Part shown: piece by piece, positions 54,966-64,000 of the stretch
Layout of the letters: the number at the start of each line of letters is the position of its first letter
Position numbering within the stretch: the stretch's first letter is position 1
The notes under the pieces: generated by a model
What the model was told of the DNA's origin: nothing
Seen by the model: only the letters and a program-made list of their open reading frames with translations
Databases searched by the model: none
Program-made: the position numbers and the translations under genes
Assembly: GCA_963837365.1 (NCBI GenBank)
Contig: CAWIMW010000007.1
Coordinates: 70,478 to 134,477 of the forward strand
Length of the DNA: 64,000 nucleotides
Reading direction: 5' to 3'
Source: an uncultured Acidobacteriota bacterium
Lineage (GTDB): Bacteria > Acidobacteriota > Terriglobia > Terriglobales > Acidobacteriaceae

Positions 54966-55029
54966 CGGATTCACGCGGATTCTCGCAGATAAACCCAAGC
55001 CTGGATTTAGGTTGATCCGCGTGAATCCG
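54966..55029. repeat. Perfect 15-bp inverted repeat with 34-nt spacer upstream of alaS
   Basis: cggattcacgcggat (54966-54980) pairs with atccgcgtgaatccg (55015-55029). Confidence 0.55.
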
Positions 55030-55086
55030 CGAAGATCCGCGGCCAATGTTTTTCCGCCCCAATGCTAGAATCAAAGTAAATTCCCT

Positions 55087-57957
55087 ATGCCAACTGGCTC
55101 CGAAATTCGCCGTAAGTTTCTGGATTTCTTCATCGAAAAGGGACACCGCGAGGTGCATTCGTCATCGTTAGTCCCGCATAACGATCCCACTTTGCTGTTC
55201 ACCAACGCGGGCATGAATCAGTTCAAGGACGTCTTTCTTGGCCTGGAAAAGCGCGACTACAACCGCGCCACCACTTCGCAGAAATGCGTCCGAGCCGGCG
55301 GCAAGCACAACGATCTGGAAAACGTGGGCTTCACCAACCGCCACCACACCTTTTTCGAGATGCTGGGAAATTTTTCCTTCGGCGACTACTTCAAAAAAGA
55401 CGCCATCGCTTACGCCTGGGAGCTGATTACATCGCCAAAGTGGTATGGAATTTCGAAAGAGAAGTTGTACGTCACTATTTTCAAAGGTGAGAGCGGCGTC
55501 CCGAGAGATGCCGAGGCTTACGATCTGTGGGCCGGCCAGGGAGTGCCGAAAGACCGTATCTTTGAGATCGGCATGAAGGACAACTTCTGGCAGATGGGCG
55601 ACACCGGCCCCTGCGGCCCTTGCAGTGAGATTCACTATGACATGGGAGTGACGGCGTCCGATCAGGGACACACTGATTGTGAGTTCGGATGTGACTGCGG
55701 GCGGTATGTCGAGATTTGGAATCTGGTGTTCATGCAGTTTGACCGCGATGCGAGTGGAAAGCTGAATCCGCTGCCCAAGCCTTCGATTGACACGGGCATG
55801 GGACTGGAGCGGGTTGCGTCAGTGCTGCAAGGCGTGATTTCAAACTACGACACAGATCTATTTACTCCGCTAATCAAACGAGCAGCCGAGCTAACCAAAA
55901 CTCCAGCCACAACCACAGGCCACGTGGGGACGGGCGTCTCGCCCGTCCATGCCGAGCAAGGCTCGGCAGCCACGCCAAGCGGAACTTCGAAATCAGCTGC
56001 ATCCCTGCGCGTGATTGCGGACCACTCCCGCGCCGCGACGTTTCTGATTTCGGATGGAGTCCTGCCGTCGAATGAAGGGCGCGGGTATGTGCTTCGCAAG
56101 ATTATTCGGCGGGCGATTACGCATGGGAGGCTGCTGGGACAAAAGAAACCCTTTTTCTATTGGATGGTGCCCGAGGTTGTGAGATTGATGACACAACCGG
56201 AGTACGGTGGCCCGTATCCAGAATTATTGGACACAGCCGAGCGAGCGCAGAAGGTCCTATACGAGGAGGAGAAGCGCTTCTTGCACACACTGGATGTTGG
56301 CCTCTCAAAGCTGGAAGAGGATCTGTCCACGCTTAGCGCCGAAAGGTATCTTGCAGAACACTCGCAAGAAACGTTGACCGAGTTGAAACGGATCTTTGGT
56401 AGCCACATTACCAGTGAAGACTGGGGCTCCATGCAGCCAAGGTTGCGGCCTGCGTATCGTGGCGACAAGGCTTTCAGGCTCTACGACACATTCGGATTGC
56501 CAATAGATTTTATTCAAGATGCCGTAAGAGATGGCGGATTCTTGTTCGATCAAAATGGGTTCGACCGGGCGATGAATGAACAGAAGTCCCGCGCCCGCGC
56601 CTCCTGGAAAGGCGCAGCCAAGCAGACCGCCAACCCCGCCTACCAGCAGCTCCCCAAATCCGAGTTCGAAGGCTACCGCCAAACGCGCTCCGAAAACTGC
56701 GAAGTCCTGGCCATCATCCACAACGGCCAAGGCGCAAAAGAACTAAAGCCCGGTGATGAAGGCGAGATCATCCTCGACCACACTCCGTTCTACGCCGAGT
56801 CCGGAGGCCAGGTCGGCGACCGCGGCGTTCTCTACAGCGACGAATTAAACACGGTAGTCGCCGACGTGAAAGGCTGCTACTACCCGGTCCAAGGCGTGCG
56901 CGCGCATCAAGTCACCGCCAAGCAGCCAATCCGCGTAGGCGACAAAGTGGATGCGGTAGTCAGCACCGAAACCCGCCAGGCCACCATGCGCAATCACACC
57001 GCCACGCATCTCCTCCAAGCCGGTCTAAGAGAAGTGTTGGGCAAGCACGTAAAGCAGGCAGGTTCACTGGTCGCGCCCAATCATCTGCGCTTCGACTTCT
57101 CCCACTTCACCGGAGTCCAGGATGAAGAACTGCAAGACATCGAAGACCTGATCAACAAAGAAGTCCTGCGCAACCAAAAAATCGAAGTCATCGAAAACGT
57201 CCCCATTGACGTGGCCATCAACCAATACAAAGCCATGGCCCTGTTCGGGGAAAAGTACGGAGACAAAGTCCGCGTCATCAAGATCGGCGATTTCTCCACC
57301 GAACTCTGCGGCGGCACCCACACCGCGCAGACCGGCGAAATCGGCCTGATCAAAATCCTGAAAGAAAGCAGCGTCTCTTCCGGCGTGCGGCGCGTGGAGG
57401 CCATCACCGGCGAAGGCTCGCTCCACCACTTCCGCAAAGATCATCAACTGGAAAATGTGGTCGCAGCTCTGGCTACACATTCCGACACCGTATCTCCGGC
57501 CGAGGCTTTGAAAGCTGAGTTGGAAAAGAAAGACGCTGAGATCAAACGCCTGGCCCGCGAACTTGACCAGGCCCGCATGAAGTCCGCTTCCGCCAGCAGT
57601 GCCAACCTCGGCGACAAGATTAAAGATGTCAAGGGAGTCAAAGTCCTCGCCCATCGGGTGGACAATCTTGAGCGTGCACAGATGCGTACTCTGGTGGACC
57701 AACTTCGCGACAAACTCGGCTCCGGCGTAGTTGTTTTGGGTTCCGCGGTAAATGGCAATGTTTCGCTAATTGTGGGCGTGACCAAAGACCTTACCAACCG
57801 CGTCCAGGCTGGCAAAGTGATCGCTCCGGTTGCGCAAAAAGTCGGCGGCAAAGGCGGAGGGCGGCCCGATTTGGCTGAAGCCGGCGGGAAAGATCCAGGC
57901 GCCCTGGACACCGCACTAAATGACGTTTATGGAGTTGTGGAATCGCTGTTAGGATAA
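55087..57957 (+). CDS. alaS: Alanine--tRNA ligase
   Basis: [20 protein letters not shown]...[11 protein letters not shown]...[13 protein letters not shown]...[18 protein letters not shown], with an editing domain (HTATHLL) and a C-terminal DHHA1. It is longer than typical because of two insertions. Confidence 0.95.
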   Translation: MPTGSEIRRKFLDFFIEKGHREVHSSSLVPHNDPTLLFTNAGMNQFKDVFLGLEKRDYNRATTSQKCVRAGGKHNDLENVGFTNRHHTFFEMLGNFSFGDYFKKDAIAYAWELITSPKWYGISKEKLYVTIFKGESGVPRDAEAYDLWAGQGVPKDRIFEIGMKDNFWQMGDTGPCGPCSEIHYDMGVTASDQGHTDCEFGCDCGRYVEIWNLVFMQFDRDASGKLNPLPKPSIDTGMGLERVASVLQGVISNYDTDLFTPLIKRAAELTKTPATTTGHVGTGVSPVHAEQGSAATPSGTSKSAASLRVIADHSRAATFLISDGVLPSNEGRGYVLRKIIRRAITHGRLLGQKKPFFYWMVPEVVRLMTQPEYGGPYPELLDTAERAQKVLYEEEKRFLHTLDVGLSKLEEDLSTLSAERYLAEHSQETLTELKRIFGSHITSEDWGSMQPRLRPAYRGDKAFRLYDTFGLPIDFIQDAVRDGGFLFDQNGFDRAMNEQKSRARASWKGAAKQTANPAYQQLPKSEFEGYRQTRSENCEVLAIIHNGQGAKELKPGDEGEIILDHTPFYAESGGQVGDRGVLYSDELNTVVADVKGCYYPVQGVRAHQVTAKQPIRVGDKVDAVVSTETRQATMRNHTATHLLQAGLREVLGKHVKQAGSLVAPNHLRFDFSHFTGVQDEELQDIEDLINKEVLRNQKIEVIENVPIDVAINQYKAMALFGEKYGDKVRVIKIGDFSTELCGGTHTAQTGEIGLIKILKESSVSSGVRRVEAITGEGSLHHFRKDHQLENVVAALATHSDTVSPAEALKAELEKKDAEIKRLARELDQARMKSASASSANLGDKIKDVKGVKVLAHRVDNLERAQMRTLVDQLRDKLGSGVVVLGSAVNGNVSLIVGVTKDLTNRVQAGKVIAPVAQKVGGKGGGRPDLAEAGGKDPGALDTALNDVYGVVESLLG

Positions 57958-58021
57958 GCGGACCAGATATCAGTTAGCAGTTCCCGGTTCTCAGTGGAAC
58001 TTTTGCTCTCCGGGGGTAGCT

Positions 58022-58384
58022 ATGGACGATCGTCTCCGGTTTATCCAACACCAAGACAAAACCATCCTGCTGATTGATATGACGGGAGCGAACAAGCAGG
58101 AGCAACTCAAACTGTTGTCCCGCATTAAGGCAACGGTTACGGAGCAGCCCCGCGACTCGGTTCTGGTGTTGGCTGATTTTACCGGGGTGCAGATCGATAA
58201 AGAGGTGGCCACGCGAATCAAGGAAGTTCTGGTGTTTGACCGTCCCTATGTGAAACGCGCGGCGTGGGTGGGGGCGAAGGACCTTCCCCAGGTTTTCTAC
58301 GAGAATTTCAAATCCTTCTCCCGCCGGGACCTTCCCCTTTTTGATACCCGGGATGAAGCTATGGAGTGGCTCGTGGCCGCATAG
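58022..58384 (+). CDS. STAS/SpoIIAA-like small protein, hypothetical
   Basis: 120 aa. The alpha/beta pattern and the C-terminal RDEAMEWL resemble STAS-like (DUF3478-type) proteins. The assignment is weak. Confidence 0.45.
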   Translation: MDDRLRFIQHQDKTILLIDMTGANKQEQLKLLSRIKATVTEQPRDSVLVLADFTGVQIDKEVATRIKEVLVFDRPYVKRAAWVGAKDLPQVFYENFKSFSRRDLPLFDTRDEAMEWLVAA

Positions 58385-58386
58385 CC

Positions 58387-59382
<996 letters not shown>

Positions 59383-59672
59383 TTTGCTTTTCTCCTGCGT
59401 TGTTTTCTTCGGACACACCCGTAACGCGCTGAATGGCTATTGAGAATGAATGATTGCTTTAAAAGTAACTCGCCGTATAACTCAGAAGACGATACAGAGT
59501 CCATGGCTGGAGATGCGGACCCGACACAGGTTGCGAGCAAAATTTCACACAGATGGAATATCACAATCCGCGCGACTTTGCGAGAAAATTTCGCAATTTA
59601 GTTAGGTATTTTCCGCAGAAAAATTTCTAGAAATTAAAATGAATAACGCCCGTAGATGTATCTAGGCTCTCA

Positions 59673-60788
59673 CTAGCTCCGCCACTTCAAGGTAACCGGT
59701 CCGCTCAGTGGATGCTGCGGTTCTCCGCCATTGCGTTTCGCTTCAAGATGCGCGGCCTTCAGCGCAAAATACCATTTCGCCGGACGGTCCGCGTCATCAA
59801 TCAACATCAGGTGCGGATTGTATTTCAGGCCCTGGGCCTGTAATTCCATGGTGCGCCGGTCCTGTTCCACAAATTTTGCGAACACATATTTCAACAGCGA
59901 CGGCCCGAACGGCACCCAGTTGAAAATATTCCAGCGGGCGACTACATCAATGCGGCATCGGTCATGAGCGATGGGAGTGACCGTAGTCAGACTGGAGAAC
60001 CAATATTTCCCCGCGCGAATAGTTTCCGTGCGCATGTTGGGAAGAACGAAATCGATGGTGGTGGTAATTGAATCGGCAGCCGCATACATGCGCAGCAACT
60101 TGTAAGGCGCGCTGTTCGAACTGGGTGTGTGCGCGCTCATGCGGAAGCCGTTGGGGATCGGCTCAAAATCTTTCTTTTTTTCGTGGATGCTGTGGCGGCT
60201 GCGCCACCACCAGGCCTGATGGACGAATGGGCCGTGGGCGGGGTCCATCAACCCGATGATCCCATGGTCCACGCTCACCGGCATGTCGGCGGTGAGGTAC
60301 GCAGTCTGGAACCGCTTGCTGAATTTTTCAATCTGCGGCGCAGGAGTTGCCGTCTCGGTACGTGTGAAACCCGCGCCCGGCGCAGGAGGCTCCGGTAAAT
60401 ACACCCAGATGTAACGGTCATGCTCTTCGCACGGATAGCTGCCGGCATAAATGCGATCAAGTTTGAGCTTCTGGTCCGCAGTAAGCGATGGAATCACGCG
60501 GCACTGCCCGCTCTGCGCATCGAATTTCCAGCCGTGGTAACTGCACTCCACCTGTTCCCCATCGAACCATCCGCAGGAAAGCGGCATGCCGCGGTGCGGA
60601 CAGGCATCATTCATGGCAAACACGCGCCCTTGCAGATCGCGCCCAATGACCAGTGGCGTCCCAAGTATGTGGGCGCGTTGCAGTTCACTCGGGCCGACTT
60701 GCTCGCCTCGCAGTGCACGATACCAGAAGCCATACAGCCATTGCGAATCAGGCGCCTGCCGGTCGGGAAGTTGCTCCATGGTGCTCAT
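59673..60788 (-). CDS. Rieske [2Fe-2S] non-haem iron oxygenase (PaO/Tic55-like)
   Basis: The Rieske motif CPHRGMPLSCG...CSYHGWKF, plus a C-terminal catalytic-domain-sized region. Confidence 0.8.
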   Translation of the reverse strand: MSTMEQLPDRQAPDSQWLYGFWYRALRGEQVGPSELQRAHILGTPLVIGRDLQGRVFAMNDACPHRGMPLSCGWFDGEQVECSYHGWKFDAQSGQCRVIPSLTADQKLKLDRIYAGSYPCEEHDRYIWVYLPEPPAPGAGFTRTETATPAPQIEKFSKRFQTAYLTADMPVSVDHGIIGLMDPAHGPFVHQAWWWRSRHSIHEKKKDFEPIPNGFRMSAHTPSSNSAPYKLLRMYAAADSITTTIDFVLPNMRTETIRAGKYWFSSLTTVTPIAHDRCRIDVVARWNIFNWVPFGPSLLKYVFAKFVEQDRRTMELQAQGLKYNPHLMLIDDADRPAKWYFALKAAHLEAKRNGGEPQHPLSGPVTLKWRS

Positions 60789-60840
60789 GAAATCTAGTCA
60801 GCGTATATCATAACGGCGAATCTACCGCATGAGGGTAACG

Positions 60841-61851
60841 ATGCAGAAACATTGGACGATCTTGGCGTTGATTTTTCTAAGCTGCGCGATATGTGCGGCG
60901 AAACAACCAGTGGTAGCGCACAACCAAGTCTCCACATTTTCCATCGTGGCCCGCGACCCCGCCACCGGACAGATGGGAATTGCCGTCGCCTCACGCTATT
61001 TCTCCGTCGGCTCGGTCGTCCCCTGGGCAGAAGCGGAAGTAGGAGCAGTTGCCACTCAGGCGGATGTCAACGTAGGGTACGGGCCAAAGGCCTTAGCGTT
61101 GCTACGTCAGGGGTTAACCGCCCAGCAAGTCGCGGACAAACTACTCGCCGAAGATACCTTCCCCGGAAAAGACGGGCGTCAGTTCGCGATCATAGACGCC
61201 AAGGGAAACGTTGTAACTTACACCGCGCCCAACGCACCCAACTGGGCGGGTGGACAAAAAGGTAGGACCTGGGCGGCGCAGGGAAACATTCTGGTCGGGC
61301 CACAGGTTCCTGAAGCGATGGGCAAAGCCTTTGAAGCCACCAAGGGGGAGCTGGCGGAGAAACTCTACACCGCTTTGAAAGCCGGTGATGCCGCGGGTGG
61401 AGACCAGCGTGGTCACCAGTCCGCCTCCATGCTGATCGTCTGCAAACAATGCGGACGCAACACCAACAACGACCGCTACCTCTATATCAATGTAGACGAC
61501 AGCGCCGATCCTTTCACCGAGCTACGGCGTCTATTGGATACAGCATTGGCCTACAACTACGGAGACACCGCTTACAAGCTGCTCGAAGCCCACAAAATCA
61601 GTGAAGCCCGTCAGGCTGCAGAGACGGCTGTGCGCTACTCGCCCAACAATTCGGACAGCCACCTGGACCTGGGGTTTCTGAACTACTTGGCAGGCGATAA
61701 GCAATCTTCCCTGCGGGAGTTCCTCATGGCCAAGAAGCTCGACTCTAACTTTCGCAAACAGTGGGACGCCGAGGTGTCCTATGAAAAAGCCTTCGCCCCA
61801 ATTTTGCAGGACAACGAGTTCCTCAAACAGGTCTTCCCTGAAGGAAGGTAA
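60841..61851 (+). CDS. Secreted DUF1028 (Ntn-hydrolase-like) protein with C-terminal TPR-like region
   Basis: ATG 60841 with a GAGGG SD. After the signal peptide, STFSIVARDPATGQMGIAVASRYFSVGSVVPWAEAEVGAVATQA is typical DUF1028. Confidence 0.75.
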   Translation: MQKHWTILALIFLSCAICAAKQPVVAHNQVSTFSIVARDPATGQMGIAVASRYFSVGSVVPWAEAEVGAVATQADVNVGYGPKALALLRQGLTAQQVADKLLAEDTFPGKDGRQFAIIDAKGNVVTYTAPNAPNWAGGQKGRTWAAQGNILVGPQVPEAMGKAFEATKGELAEKLYTALKAGDAAGGDQRGHQSASMLIVCKQCGRNTNNDRYLYINVDDSADPFTELRRLLDTALAYNYGDTAYKLLEAHKISEARQAAETAVRYSPNNSDSHLDLGFLNYLAGDKQSSLREFLMAKKLDSNFRKQWDAEVSYEKAFAPILQDNEFLKQVFPEGR

Positions 61852-62091
61852 TACCTCCAACAGGTGGTTACTACCACGTATGCTCCAGTTTTAGGACTTT
61901 TATAAGTTATTACTTATCTTGTAGTTACAAAGATTACTCCATTGGTTCAATGGCCCTTTGTCAGATTGCCCACCCCTCCCCCAGGCCCTATAATCAGGTC
62001 ACTCTGGTAGGTTCTTGATCGTTCAGGCTCCCGGGTATTACAAGGCGAAGGTGACGTGTGCCTTCGCGCGGAGGATATTTTGTACCCGGCC

Positions 62092-62922
62092 ATGCGAATT
62101 CGCCTGCACGCAGTCCTGATGGCAAGTACCGTAATCGCGACCTCTCTTTCCTTCACTACGCCATACGTGCAAGCACAAGCGCGCGCCGGAAGCATTGTCA
62201 CTTCCACCGATGAAGACGGCCGCACAATCTTCGTCAACGATTCAATTTCTACTTCTTCAGCTTCCGCCGCTACCGCGGTCCGGAAGCAAGCGGCCCCGGC
62301 CAGCTCAGGTAAACGCCTGGTTTACTGGAGTCCGAAGGACAAGAAGTGGAAGACAGTGCCCAACGCCAACGTCCGTGCCGCCCGTTCGGCCGCCGCTGAG
62401 GTGGACGATTTTCGTAACCAGAACATCGGGTTCGCCAGCAAGCCGTACACGGAGAAAGAAATCGACGCAGCCATTGAACAGGCGGCGTCGCGGCATAACG
62501 TGGACCCCAACCTGGTCCGTTCGGTCATCAAGGTGGAGTCCAACTTCAACCCCAACGCCGTGTCCCGCAAGGGAGCGATGGGGCTGATGCAGCTTATGCC
62601 ACAGACAGCACGGCAGTTACGGGTCAAAAATCCTTTTGATCCGGAGCAAAACGTGGATGCCGGGGTCCGCCATCTAAAGCAGTTGATGGAGAACTACGGC
62701 GGAGACGTCAAGCTGACGCTGGCGGCCTATAACGCTGGAGCCGGAGCGGTGAACCGCAGCGCCGGAATTCCGCATTACGCGGAAACCCGGAATTATGTGC
62801 GCCGGATTACCGATCTGTACTACGGCGGCAACGGGGTGAGCATCCTGGGGAACCCGGTGCACAATCCCATGCGGATCCAGCGCGACGCTCGCGGCGTGCT
62901 TTATATCAGCAACGTAGACTGA
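62092..62922 (+). CDS. Lytic transglycosylase (SLT domain)
   Basis: Signal-like start MRIRLHAVLMASTVIATSLSF (an alternative GTG lies at 62056). Catalytic block VIKVESNFNPNAVSRKGAMGLMQLMPQTA...AYNAGAGAV. Confidence 0.85.
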   Translation: MRIRLHAVLMASTVIATSLSFTTPYVQAQARAGSIVTSTDEDGRTIFVNDSISTSSASAATAVRKQAAPASSGKRLVYWSPKDKKWKTVPNANVRAARSAAAEVDDFRNQNIGFASKPYTEKEIDAAIEQAASRHNVDPNLVRSVIKVESNFNPNAVSRKGAMGLMQLMPQTARQLRVKNPFDPEQNVDAGVRHLKQLMENYGGDVKLTLAAYNAGAGAVNRSAGIPHYAETRNYVRRITDLYYGGNGVSILGNPVHNPMRIQRDARGVLYISNVD

Positions 62923-63003
62923 CATTGGTCAGTCTAAGCAGTCATTAAGCGATTACGGTCGAGAACATTGAAGAATCCTGCTAGAAGCCTGCGCACTCTG
63001 CGC

Positions 63004-64000
63004 ATGGGAGCTATTGCGCTCCTGCTTGCGCTGCCGTTTTTCTCCGCCCAGGCTCGTACCTTCAAGTCCGGAGACTGGGCCAGTTCACAGTTTGATACCG
63101 CCGAACGCATGCGCGAAGCCCTGAATGGGCGTCCCACTAAGGAGCGCTCACGCGCGGAATATCAGCGCGTAGTGAACGCTTACCGGCGGGTGTACTTCGG
63201 CGCGCCAACCGCGGGCAAAGCCTCACTCGCCGTGGTTGCCGAAGCCGAAGTCATGGTGGAGATGGGCCGCCAGTTCAATGACGCAAGAATTCTCACGCGG
63301 GCGGTCCACAAGTATGAATTTCTCCGCCGCGAGTACCCAGGCAGCAGTCAGCGCGTGGATGCACTGTTCACCATCGGCGAAATCTATAAAGATGACCTGA
63401 ACGATGCCGATCAGGCGCGGGACACTTTCGCCGAGTTTTTACGCCGCTATCCCAAGAGTCGCCAGGCGGATGACGCGCGCAAAGCTCTGAATGGAATCGA
63501 ACAAGCGGCCCTGAAAACCAAAGAAACGACCGCGACCAAGGGCGACGATAAGAAAACGGATACCCAGGCTAATAGCGACGATAAAAAAGATAATCCTGCA
63601 CCCGAGGCAGATAATACCGAACTGGCGCGGGTCACCGGCATCCGCTACTGGTCCGCGCCGGACTATACCCGCATCGCGATTGATCTTGAACAGGACGTGA
63701 AGTTCGATTCCCAACGTATCGATAGCCCCGACCGGATCTACTTTGATTTAAAGGGTACGAAGTTGGCTTCGACCCTGGTGGGAAAAAGTTTCGATGTAAA
63801 CGACGGATTTCTGAAACAAATCCGGATCGGGCAGTTCCAATCAGATTGCACCCGAGTGGTATTGGAAGTGGATAGCCTTTCCGACTATGACACCTTCCTG
63901 CTTTCCAATCCATCGCGCCTGGTGATTGACGTACACGGTAAGCAGCAGGCAAAGAAATCAGAGCCGGATAAGCCCGCAGCACCCGCAAAAGCGGAAGAAA
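63004..64000 (+). CDS. AMIN-domain cell-wall protein, probably an N-acetylmuramoyl-L-alanine amidase (AmiC-like); 3' end beyond the window
   Basis: Own translation: MGAIALLLALPFFSAQA..., then TPR/YbgF-like helices, a K/D-rich linker, and the AMIN domain ITGIRYWSAPDYTRIAIDLEQDVKFDS...RIYFDLKGTKL...RIGQFQSDCTRVVLEV...LVIDVHG. No stop occurs before 64000. An alternative TTG start lies at 62968. Confidence 0.6.
   Translation, partial: MGAIALLLALPFFSAQARTFKSGDWASSQFDTAERMREALNGRPTKERSRAEYQRVVNAYRRVYFGAPTAGKASLAVVAEAEVMVEMGRQFNDARILTRAVHKYEFLRREYPGSSQRVDALFTIGEIYKDDLNDADQARDTFAEFLRRYPKSRQADDARKALNGIEQAALKTKETTATKGDDKKTDTQANSDDKKDNPAPEADNTELARVTGIRYWSAPDYTRIAIDLEQDVKFDSQRIDSPDRIYFDLKGTKLASTLVGKSFDVNDGFLKQIRIGQFQSDCTRVVLEVDSLSDYDTFLLSNPSRLVIDVHGKQQAKKSEPDKPAAPAKAEE

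Noticed and set aside
59436-59460. A Fur-box-like string, ttgagaatgaatgattgc, just upstream of the deoxyhypusine-synthase-like gene.
   Set aside because: It matches the GATAATGATAATCATTATC consensus only loosely and is not palindromic. It also lies between the alternative GTG start and the SD region.

Overview
This looks like a high-GC bacterial chromosome segment (upper 50s % GC by eye). It is most consistent with Acidobacteriota: three secreted TIGR03436-type VWA proteins, CadC-like wHTH-TPR regulators, and many hairpin-rich intergenic repeats. I count about 55 protein genes, mostly housekeeping: hsp20-clpB, an rlmI-like methyltransferase, zapB/zapA, lgt, rluD, fused aroD-aroE, pgsA, a GH51 arabinofuranosidase, mglA, maeB, ilvE, pilT, recX-alaS, and an SLT plus AMIN-domain amidase at the right edge. 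I saw no rRNA, tRNA, CRISPR array, transposase or integrase.

I found no clear multi-gene system that is undescribed. The candidates worth a second look, in order:
1. A 1573-aa single-gene helicase-nuclease at 2865-7586 with DUF4011 / SF1 helicase / Vsr-DUF559-like nuclease / DUF3320 architecture, which resembles the Hhe defence gene. Its codon usage is visibly atypical and it sits between core genes.
2. A two-gene module present twice: a CadC-like wHTH-TPR regulator divergent from a small secreted paralogous protein, at 31.8-34.2 kb and 42.7-45.4 kb. One regulator copy is frameshifted.
3. A dense cluster of indels at 50.6-51.4 kb that disrupts a Phd/VapC-type toxin-antitoxin pair and probably the 3' end of dinB. 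Three isolated frameshifts also occur, in rlmI-like, CadC-like and GT39-like genes.
4. A rod-shaped 6S-RNA-like element downstream of zapA.
5. An mglA with no adjacent mglB, a stand-alone ClpB-D2-like AAA+ ATPase, a secreted protein made of exact 11-residue repeats, and a hairpin-bearing in-frame insertion in alaS.

All domain calls come from recognising translated sequence, not from searches. Frameshift positions are approximate to within a few nucleotides.
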